The translations under genes and the position numbers were made by a program. 64,000 nt of DNA from Octopus vulgaris (taxonomy: Eukaryota). Below the pieces are notes generated by a model, which worked only from the letters and a program-made list of their open reading frames with translations, did no database searches and had not been told where the DNA came from. This document shows, piece after piece, positions 53,208-64,000 of the stretch. The stretch is taken from contig OX597819.1 in the NCBI GenBank assembly GCA_951406725.2, positions 23,312,001-23,376,000 of the forward strand, written 5' to 3'. Every line of letters begins with the position of its first letter. Within the stretch, counting starts at the first letter, position 1.

Positions 53208-55851
53208 TATTTCATGAAAATTCGCCATTAAGGCGTTACATAGAGGGAATATACAAGGACAGACAAACATATAGGGTGAAGTAGCTTAAAACGTTTTAGT
53301 ATCTACAATATAATGGGCACAAATTTCAATAAGAGTTTACAAATTTAATGTTACATAGTAGGGCAAGGAACCCAGCTATCTGGGTAGAACCTTTACTTCT
53401 TGATCCGGCCACACTTACCTGGTGCCAAACATACCCAGCTTGCAAGCAACAGGCTTCCATCTTTTCATAACCATATCTCATGTCAGACACCTCTTCTCCA
53501 GCCTGATCTTACTACCGAGGTGGTAACTAAAAAAGTTAACCAACCCCTGGCCGGATACAAAGGTACCTGTCACTATACCTTTCGTACGCGTCTTCCATAC
53601 TGTTTCTTTCAGTATGGCTACTACGCAGGATAAACAAGCCTTCCTTTCCCTGCTGAGGAAAGGAGGTGGCACAATCTCAATGATAGACTCCGCTGATAGC
53701 TGTACTCTTTCACTCACTGACAACAGTTGTTCAGCAAAAGCAATCCGTCCCGATAACTCCGGGCACTCCACGAATGCGTGCAAGACGGTTTCCCTATCCC
53801 GCTCACATTGCGGACATGTCGGCGAGACGGCACTTCCGTGCCTTGACAGCTTATCACGAACAGGTAATGCCGTACGGAAACATTGCCAGGCCAGGGAGTT
53901 CTGGTAATTATCCAGATACCTCAGCCCGAACGTTCTCCGAAACAGGTTGACCAACTGATTTTCATCGTAGCCCAGGGTCTCCCCCAAGACGTTTTCTGAC
54001 ATAAATTCCACTAACCTGCTATAGAAATCCGCGATGGAACTCCTGTTACCGGCGTTGCCCGCCCCAGAGAATAGCTGGAGTGCCTGACGACACTCCAAGT
54101 ACCATTCCCCCAGTTTAGGTCTTCGCTTGATCCATGCATCGGTGTCCGTTAAGGACGTTAACTGGGGAAGGTAGAACCGAACGTTCGGTGACCACACCTG
54201 CTCTCCATCCAGATAAAGCCAGAGGAGCCTCAACCTTAACGCGAATTTTCGCATCTTCAGCTAAGCCATTCCTAGCCCACCCTTTAGCGGTTTCTGGCAA
54301 CAGACAGAGCGCTTTACAAGTGGCCTTCCTCCTTTCCCCAAAAAGCGGAAAAGGATTCTCTCCAACTTGTTCATCCACAAATCGAGGCAAGGCACCACGG
54401 TCAGACGGTAGGTGATTACTGATGCTATGAACATCTGCACCACCTCCGCCCTCCCTAGCAGAGATAACGCCCGCCAAGACCAGGTCTGGGTTAGAGCGAT
54501 CACCCTGCTGGCCACCTCACTCCATTTTTTCTCTATCTGGAGGTCTGGACCAATTCAGACGCCGAGCAGCTTAACAGGACCTTCTGTCCAACGCCCCACG
54601 ACCTTATTGGACAGCATCGGCTTGCCTCTCAAGGTGCCGAGTTGCAAACCGACCGACTTGTCCTTGTTAACCTTTGCTCCTGCCACCGCCTCCTAGCTTT
54701 TGATGGCCTCTTCCACCACTGGAAGCTGGCCTTCATCTGCCACGATGATGGAGATGTCATCCGCGTACGCCGTAGCTCCTCTTCCACACCATAGATCATG
54801 CGATGCGCCCCCTGGTGCCTCCAACTCCCGCAGCAAAGGCTCAAGAGCCGGCACATAAAGGAGCGGGGACAGGGTTTTTTTTTTGTTATTTGAGGGGCCT
54901 GGTGTTTGCGACAACTTTTTTGTTTTCTTCACAGTCCGCTCGAATGTGGTCCTTTCTTCCGCATTGGTAACAGGAGGGCTTACGGCCTTCCACTTGTACC
55001 CTAAGGGCCACATTCTCCCCAACGAGCACTCTCTCTGGTAGGACCTGAAGGTCCTCCTGTGTCCTCTGAATCAGGACCGTAATGCTTCGCGCGAGCCAAT
55101 TCTGGGGGCTGGAGCATGTTATTTGTAAGATTTTTATTTGGTCCGCCATATCAAACAACAGGGCGGCCACCACTTCTCTTGGGTCTACTTCAGGCGGTAC
55201 TTCATTTATTCTAACCTAGATGTTCTTTTCCCCATATACATGGGTAGAAGTACTACCTCATTTGACTTCAGGGGACTCGCAGCGTGTCCGCGGGCCACCT
55301 CTTCGTTTGAGAAGCGAACTTCGACTGATCCATATGTCCGTCCCCTTGCAATGTACGTTATGTCCCTCCATATCGGGGACAGGCATTTCTCTATTTTCGC
55401 TTCTTCAAAGTGTTTAAAGCTTCTATTTTGGGGGCAGAAGGCTTTGAACACTACGTTCCTCTTTTCCGTTTCCACCACAGTTGAAGAAGGTGATATTATC
55501 ACATCACCTCCTTCTTTTTTCATTCGTTTAAAATATCCCTGTAGCATACCTACAGGCATATCAATGTTTTCGGTTGCCACTGCGGCAACCACCGAAAACT
55601 TTTTTCCATTGTTGACATGACTGCCGACATCATCATTGCTCTTTATAAGAGCACCCCAACATGGTTGAAATTAATAACACAAGTAATAAAATTGATTAAA
55701 TTAGTTTCCCACAAACTGGGAAACCTATACATTTTTTTCCTCTCAAAGAGGATAGTAAATTTTTTTTAACAACAACAAAACAGCAACAATGAAGCAGTAA
55801 CAACAGCAAAAATTCTTACCACGAGAAAAGATACGTGTTGACTCTTCTAAG
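53208..55851 (-). mobile_element. L1/Tx1-clade LINE, internally deleted, 15-bp TSD
   Basis: ORF1 with zinc knuckle CYQCGRKDHIRADC. RT LSPLLY..ALEPLL and AYADD; KGGLG; CPQC..RETVLHAFVEC. TSD gtaagc(a/g)agctactt. Confidence 0.92.
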
Positions 55852-55949
55852 GTAAGCGAGCTACTTACCACACAGCCACACCTACGCCGTGAAAACAAAA
55901 TATAAAGCAGCACACCTTTGGGTATTCCAATGCTATAATCAAACGTAAT

Positions 55950-56115
55950 AGGCGCAGGAGTGGCTGTGTGGTAAGTAGCTTGCTAACCAATCACATGGTT
56001 CCGGGTTCAGTCCCACTGCGTGGCATCTTGGGCAAGTGTCTTCTGCTATAGCCTCGGGCCGACCAATGCCTTGTGAGTGGATTTGGTAGACGGAAACTGA
56101 AAGAAGCCTGTTGTA

Positions 56116-56176
<61 letters not shown>

Positions 56177-56410
56177 TTGTGTGTCTGTGTTTGTCCCCCT
56201 AGCATTGCTTGACAACCGATGCTGGTGTGTTTACGTCCCCGTCACTTAGCGGTTCGGCAAAAGAGACCGATAGAATAAGTACTGGGCTTACAATGAATAA
56301 GTCCCGGGATCGATTTGCCCGACTAAAGGCGGTGCTCCAGCATGGCCGCAGTCAAATGACTGAAACAAGTAAAAGAGTAAAAGAGTAAAAAAAGAGTAAA
56401 AAAAGAGTAA
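55950..56410 (+). mobile_element. SINE family B, full length
   Basis: Nearly identical to 30136-30564. Confidence 0.93.
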
Positions 56411-56933
56411 TCACTCCAGCTAAAGCATACTCGCCCTTTCAAAGAGAAAAACAGGCCTAAATTAAAACCTTCCATCAGAATTTCATTTTAGTTCATGTTC
56501 AAATCATCAGTTTCATAATAACGAAGGTATATTAGTAATTTATTCGTTATTTTGCAGTGTATTTCAGAGGTATTAGTACGAAAGGGTTAAAGTCTAATCA
56601 TTCCGTTATGTTTTCTTTAAATAACGCTCTGAACGCCAGTCAGTTGATTTATTTATCAACAATATCAGATCAACTACGTTCAGTAACCTTGTCTGTTTGC
56701 CTGTTGAGATGCCACATAACGTCTCATTTTTTTTCTTTTCTTTTCTTTTTTTCCCATTTTTTTTTTTTTTCATTTACAAGAAACTTTTTTCAGCTGCATC
56801 TATATCTTGGATAATTTTAAAATTTCATATTTTCATCATAAAACGCAATTGATATCTGTGTACAGAAATCATATAAGAGAGGTGAATAATAAACGAATCT
56901 GAAAATAAAATAAACACAGACATATTTACTTAC

Positions 56934-57014
56934 CATCTTCATGGTTTATATGAAGAGGACGAAAAAAAACTGATTTTATCATCGTAACAGAGTCGTTCGT
57001 TGTCGGTTTTGAAG
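56934..57014 (-). other. Candidate host exon containing a start codon
   Basis: tttgtttgtacag|...aaaccATGAAGATG|gtaagt in non-repeat DNA. No downstream exons identified. Confidence 0.3.
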
Positions 57015-57399
57015 CTGTACAAACAAAGCCATAACTCAGAAGAATAAATCAGAGCAAAAGTATTTTAAAGAAACACAAAATATCTAAGAAGAAAAAATCA
57101 CACAACACACGCTTCCATTCTTGTATGTATCTCTCACACTTGTTCCCAACTTCACGGGGGTGGGGGGTACACCCCCTTGAAGGGTTCCAGTCAAACAATT
57201 CGACCCCGGTACTTACTGTTTTGTTAAAAGTCTGATATTTATTCTATTGTTTCCTTTTGCCGAATGATGAAACAGGGACGTAAACGAACCCACACCAGAT
57301 GTAAAGCGGTGTTGGGAGACAAACACTAACACACACGTGCGCCCGCACACACACACACACACATATAGTATGCATGTATTCTTTTAATATTTTATTAAG

Positions 57400-57795
57400 A
57401 CGGGAAGCTGGCAGAAACGTTAGCACGCCGGGCGAAATGCTTAGCAATATTTTGTCTGGCGCTACGTTCTGAGTTCAAATTCCGCCGAGGTCGACTTCGC
57501 CTTTCATCCTTTCGGGGTCGATAAATTAAGTACGAGTTACGCACTGGGGTCGATGTAATCGACTTAATCCCTTTGTCTGTCCTTGTTTGTCTCTTCTATG
57601 CTTAGCCCCTTGTGGGTAGTAAAAAAATAGGTATTTCGTCTGCCTTTACGTTTTGAGTTCAAATTCCGCCAAGGTCGACTTTGCCTTTCATCCTTTCGGG
57701 GTCGATAAATTAAGTACCAGTTCCGTACTGCGGTCTATATAATTGACTGGCCCCCTCTCCAAAAATTTCGGGCCTTGTGCCTAGAGTAGAAAAGA
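57400..57795 (+). mobile_element. SINE family A dimer
   Basis: Head and two units, followed tail-to-tail by a SINE B tail (57800-58000, minus). Confidence 0.9.
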
Positions 57796-58019
57796 TTATT
57801 TTATTTGTTTCAGTCATTTGACTGTGGCCATGCTGGAGCACCGACTTTAGTCGAACAAATCGAACCCAAGAGTTATTCTTTTGTAAGTCTAGTACTTACT
57901 CTATTGGTGTCTTTTGCTGAACCTCTCTGTTATGGGGACGTAAACACACCAAAATCGGTTGTCAAGCGATGGCGAGGGACAAAATCGGACACACAAGCAT
58001 ACACACACACACACACACA

Positions 58020-58096
<77 letters not shown>

Positions 58097-58219
58097 TAGA
58101 GGGTACTATTATTCATAGATACCGCACGCTAGGAGGGACTCTTGCAGTCAAAACTACTAAAATAAACAAATTGTACCGAATGCAAAACTTCAAAGCAAGT
58201 CATTTAAAAACAGAATTTA

Positions 58220-58283
58220 GTTACATATCACCTGTGATTTCGCAATCAATGCAGAATATGCATTCTATGCTCTTCAGTGCAAC
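58220..58283 (-). ncRNA. Minimal type-I hammerhead ribozyme, canonical core
   Basis: GUUGCA-CUGAAGA-GCA...UGC-GAAA-UCAC(ag)GUGA-UA/-UGUAAC. About 130 bp from a (TA)n tract. Confidence 0.85.
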
Positions 58284-59001
58284 GAACTCAAGACATGTAA
58301 GGAAAAAACACAATTTAGCATACCCGACAGCCAACCGTAGAATTCGTCGTAGCATGTACGAATGTTTATCTTTACATATCTATGAAAATGGCGGGCTTAT
58401 TCGCAATGCATTTCGGTAACAATTTTCCTATTCCGAACAAAAATTCAGTATTGAACTATTCCGGTGAAAAATATAAATTTAAAATTCAGGATAAAATCTT
58501 TATAAAAAATTATCAGTAGTTAGCGTGAAAAACCTCGTAAGAGAAAAAATCTGTAAATTTTTCCACTTTGCAAATATTTATTTATATTATATTATATTAT
58601 AGGTACCTAACATTGAGACTGAACCCAAAAACTACATGGTTGCTAAGCGAGCTTTTTAACTACACGGCCATGCCTGCAATTTTAAGGTCGAAATCCAGGC
58701 CGACAGTAAATTGTGCAACCGTGCTAAACGAGGACAAGTTGCTATTCTTATATATCGATTCTTATATATTGCTATTCTTATATATTGATTAGAAACAAAA
58801 TAAAGCTGTTATTGATTTATCCAGGTGTTGCGATTTCACATTACCTCTCGATAATTTGAAATCGTGTTCAGATTACCAGGAGATGAGGTGAAAGTGGTTT
58901 CAGTTAAACCCTAGGTTGTAAGTAGAAGGCAAGTTTATCTTTATCCGGTATTCATTCATATTATCCTACAACATCGCATATTACTCCAGCAGCTGCTGCG
59001 A

Positions 59002-59051
<50 letters not shown>

Positions 59052-59143
59052 TCATCAGCAGTAGTAGTAGTTGTAGTTGTAGTAGCAGCAGTAGTTGTAG
59101 TAGTAGTAGTTGTTGTAGTAGCAGCAGTAGTAGTAGTATTGTT

Positions 59144-59183
<40 letters not shown>

Positions 59184-59203
59184 CAGCAGCAGCAGTAGTA
59201 GTG

Positions 59204-59237
<34 letters not shown>

Positions 59238-59240
59238 CAA

Positions 59241-59329
<89 letters not shown>

Positions 59330-59347
59330 ACAGCAGCAGTAGTAGTT
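59002..59347. repeat. (TAG)n/(CAG)n compound trinucleotide repeat
   Basis: Seen directly. Confidence 0.95.
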
Positions 59348-60514
59348 GAGTCGAAGTTCACAGGAACCTTGTGGAGTAAAACGAAATATATACAGGGAGT
59401 TCGGGCTAAATTTGACGACTTTTTATGTCTCCTTCTTCCAAGAACAGCTTTATGTGTTGGTGAACAGTCACTGGCGTTGGAGAGCATAAAAAGATTAAAG
59501 CTGTAGTTGAGTAAAAGTTAACTGACATGGAGTACTGAAAGCCATCTAAATATTGGAAGGCAGTTACAGAGAAACAGACGACAATAGAGCGAAAGCGAGA
59601 GAGAAGAGATGGAAGAGAGTGAGAGAGACATTAAAGCGCCTGATGTCATATAAGTCAGCGTCGAATCAACGACGCTATTGTATAAACGGTGAGCGACAAA
59701 AAAGCAGCGCCAAAATTCCTCATTTCCCAAAAACAGCTAGTGTAATATTTATCTACAATTATGTCAAAAGAAAGCAACATCGAATTTGAAACGAAAATAT
59801 ACAAATACAGAACTTTTCTAAGAAACTTTTCTTCGTACGAGCTAACGATAGAGCGTCTCTTCCGTCATTCGATCATCCAAAATAAGCAATTAAATATGTC
59901 CCCCCAAAGAGGTAACATAAATCTCTCATCTTGTAAAAAAACTACAGCTTCAAGAAACACTAACTTGAAACATATTTAATAATAATTATATCAAAGTTAC
60001 TTTAGCGTGTTACAAACTTATTTCAACTTTTAAAAACAAATATTTCCAAGTGCTGACTTCGCTCGTGATCCTAGTGTTTCACACGTCCTGTTATAGTTCA
60101 AACAATCCGCTTATTTTGAATTAGTTTGGCTAATTGTTATTCTGAACAATATCCCTTGATAGTCGAAGCTTATACAATACTCTTCAAAGCAGAATTTTCT
60201 CTTCTGTAAAATTATTCTTATCAGTGCTTTCTCTTACAGATATTAGAAACGAACGTTTATTCGATCATTGATATTTCTATTTAGTCACGTCTTTTAACGT
60301 ACTAATTGGAAAATGTTCTCACATCAACAGGAAGTAGACGTTAAAGTAGACACTGTCTAATAAAATTACTTTTACATATACATATCAAAGCAACGAAAGA
60401 ATGACAATTATGAAAGTCTTTGGTGTCTTATGTGTGTGTACAGTAAATAATAATAACAAAACATTAATAACAACACCAACACCACCACCAACAACAACAA
60501 CAACAACATCAACA

Positions 60515-60577
<63 letters not shown>

Positions 60578-60618
60578 TAAATAAGAATAACAGCTACACC
60601 CATAACAACACTAACGAC

Positions 60619-60692
<74 letters not shown>

Positions 60693-60702
60693 TATTAATA
60701 AT

Positions 60703-61053
60703 CATGAGCGGAAGTAGTGGGGGAGCATCATAGCCGTGTGTTGAAAAGAATTCTTGGAGGTTTGGATAATTCGCCTTTGGAAGCATGGGTGGTTCGTTCA
60801 ACATCTTTAAACAATCCTTATTCAGGGACCTTTTGAGCGGGATGGGCTACTCGACCAGAAGAAAATTCTAACTGGACCCCACCTGCAAGGTCATGCGCTG
60901 TTTATCTTGATATGAGATCACCATATCGTGCACACATGGTTGTGATGCATGTGCCTGGTGTACCCTTATCAAACGGGTAGTCATGATGGGTATACTGGGC
61001 TTCGTATTTTTTACCCCAGTGTCACTTTGATGGTATGCACTGCTCTCTCACTC
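60703..61053 (-). mobile_element. Copy of the (ATT)n-embedded element
   Basis: Reverse complement of 29282-29632, flanked by (AAT)n on both sides. Confidence 0.85.
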
Positions 61054-61054
61054 A

Positions 61055-61115
<61 letters not shown>

Positions 61116-62826
61116 GCATAGCAAAGTGGAAAAAGTATGGTGTAGCGGAAGACAGAACTGACAGCATATGGAAGAAGTTTAGGGACAATAGAAATCAGGA
61201 GAGGCTTCTTCCAAAGAGACTGCCAGTCCCCACTGATCTTTGTACTGCGAATGATATCACTACCACTGATTCTGAGGAAAGCAAATGCTGTGTATGTATT
61301 CAAAAGCCGCCAACAAAAAGTCAACCATTTGTTATTCATGGATGACCTCAAACTTTATGGTAAAGATGAATCCCAAGTCAGTTCCCTCGTTGATGCGGTG
61401 TATAACTTCAGTGCTGATATCAGAATGTAGTTCGGACTGAGAAAGTGTGGTGTGTTAGTCTTGAAGAGAGGAAAAAATCAAATGTATGGACGGGCTAACA
61501 ATATCGTCGGGGGAGGTTATGAAGCAGATAGAAGAGACGGGCTATAAGTCCTTGGGGATACAGGAAATGGATAAATTGCTGGAGAAATAAATGACACAAA
61601 AGTTTAAGGTGGAGTACTTGCGCAGACTGAGACTGATGCTTAAGTCGAAATTAAACGGACGGAATAAGATTAAAGCTATCAACACCTGGGCAGTTTCACT
61701 CCTCAGATATGGAGCAGAGGTAATCGCATGGATAGTAAACGAACTAAGCAGCTTAGAGAGAAAGATATGGAAGTTGCTGACTAGATATGGGTCACTCCAC
61801 CAAAAAGTGACACAGACAGACTGTATGTACAAAAAAAAAAGAGGGGGAAGAGGACTGATTGGATGCGAACACAGCATTAGAGCAGAAGAAAACAACATAG
61901 CATGGTACGTAAAAAATACCACAGAACCGCTATTATTGAAAGTAAAAAGGTCAGGCGTGTGTAAGTTGGAAGATTGCAAAGATAAAGCACTGTACAAGAA
62001 ATTGGAAACGAATGAAACTGAAAATAGGTGGATAAAGAAAAGAACGCATGGACAATTTCATAAGTATGTTGAAGATAAGACAGACAGAGAAAAAAGATGG
62101 CTGTGGATGACTAAAAGTGGTTTAAAACAGGAAACGGGGGCCCTAATCTGTGCTGCCCAAGCGCAATCATTAAGGACCAATTACATCAAATACAGAATAG
62201 ACAACATATCAGAAAGTGATAAGTGCAAAATTTGTGGACAAAATGGTGAAACCGTATGGCATACTACCAGCCAATGTGCGCCACTAGCCCTGAAAGAATA
62301 TAAGAGACGTCACGACAATATAGCAAAGCTTGTCCATTGGACACTTTGCAATAAGTATGGACTTGACAGAACAAAAAAGTGTTAAGAACATAAACCCGAA
62401 GACATCATCAAAAATGATAATGCAAAGATCCTGTGGGATTTTATGATTCTAGTGTGACCATGAGAGTGAGAATAGGAAACCAGACATAGTGCTAATTGAG
62501 AAAGAAAACAAACTATGCTGGATCATAGATATAGCATGCCCAGCTGACAACAAGGTATGGGATAAGAAATGTTGGTAGATATAACAGGTTCGCTTGGAAG
62601 GTAAAGCAGTTGTGGTCGCTGAAAAGGTAGTAGTATTACTAATAATTGTCGGAGCCCTGGGAACAGTGGGTAAAAATATTGAGAAGTACATAGAACAAAT
62701 AGGGGCTGCAATGAAAACATCACTGCTTGGACCTGCTCGAATACTAAGGGGTTTTACCTTAATGCACTGGTAGTGAACAGGTGACACCGTAGTACAACAC
62801 CAGCGTTAGAAGCTGTGCAAAGACAA
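61116..62826 (+). mobile_element. 5'-truncated R4/Dong-clade non-LTR retrotransposon
   Basis: HLLFMDDLKLY, KRGGRGL, CKICGQNGETVWHTTSQC, RRHD, KPDIV..IDIACP, IVGALG. Several stops and frameshifts. Confidence 0.92.
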
Positions 62827-62835
62827 TTATCATCA

Positions 62836-62909
<74 letters not shown>

Positions 62910-63533
62910 TCTGGGTCAATGAAATAAATATCAGTTGAGCATTTGGGCCTATGTGACCGACTAGTTTCCTCCCAAAAAATGTTAGGCTTGTGCCTTAGTA
63001 GAAAGAATCTTATAATAATGCTGCTTGTCATTGCATTATTTAGTCCGTCCATAACGCTTTCATGTGATTAGAGAAAAAGAGAGAGAAAGAAAAGAGAGAA
63101 AAAAACGGAGAGGGAAAAGAGGGAGAGAGAAGTTTCCGTGGCGTGAGGTAGAGGGAATGCAATTGTAACGCTTTCACGTGATAAGTTAATGGGAAATAGA
63201 GAACAAGAGGAAGAGAGAAAAGAGAGAGAGAGAAAAAAAGAGGAGAATAAGGCGAAGAGTATGACAGAAAGAGAGAGAAAGAAAGAGAGAGAAAAAGACG
63301 GAGAAAGACAAAGATAGAAAGAGAAGCATCCATGACATGAGGAAGGGAGACGTAATATTTATTACGTGTTTTATAAAGTTAGTTGAAGGTAATGATATAG
63401 AGGAGAGCTTAAAAAATAATTGTAGCCAAGGGGTGACGTCTTGATGGTGTTGTTGAAGGAAGGCAGAGATGGTGAGATTAATGAAAGGCAAAGAAAGGGA
63501 GAAAGATAGGAGGGAGAGAAAAACGGGGAGAGA

Positions 63534-63566
<33 letters not shown>

Positions 63567-64000
63567 AGTAATGGTGGTGCTGGTGCTGGAGATGGAGATG
63601 GAGTTGGTGGTGGAGGTTGTGGTGGTGAGCTGATAGTGAAAAGGGCATTTCTTTTAATTAAACTAAGTTTTTTTTTTATATCGCCTATCACTTAACGCAT
63701 GCGCATAAGTGCAATTCCGAGAAATATTCACGCTTATTTACGTAGCAGATATATGCAGTTTAACTAAAGGTTGTATCATATGTACAGCGATATTTTTTTT
63801 TTTCCTGTTTATGGGGAAAATGGGAAAAATAAGAGTGAATATTTATTTTATGAGTACTGTATATTAAGTTTATAAAATTGTGCAGAAAGTATATAAAGTG
63901 TATACATAAGCTATTTTGAGTAATCATTGTATTCCAATTTCTTTCACTTTTCAATGAGTAGCAGACGAGCGACTATCTTTTCATACAGACACAACACAGG

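Noticed and set aside
58981-59506. Poly-Thr and poly-Val ORFs resembling a mucin
   Set aside because: Trinucleotide repeat with no recognisable flanking domain or splice support.

Overview
AT-rich, microsatellite-dense animal DNA, intronic or intergenic. The SINE families and repeat landscape look like Octopus (inferred, not proven). No host protein-coding gene can be identified. Nearly all ORFs in the track are microsatellite read-throughs or decayed transposon fragments: mariner/Tc1, MITEs, a Helitron, RTE, R4/Dong-like, HERO-like, Tx1 and Penelope-like elements, plus three tRNA-derived SINE families. The main hidden signal is about 12 minimal type-I hammerhead ribozyme motifs at about 10 loci. 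Four have a canonical core. They come from many sequence-unrelated short elements that mostly sit in or beside microsatellites and show Penelope-style tandem or inverted terminal repeats. Other notable structure: a Tx1 LINE inserted into a SINE tRNA head with a 15-bp TSD, two MITE copies hit at the same site by different elements, modular and multimeric SINEs, and one candidate host exon. All coordinates were counted by eye and may be off by a few bases.
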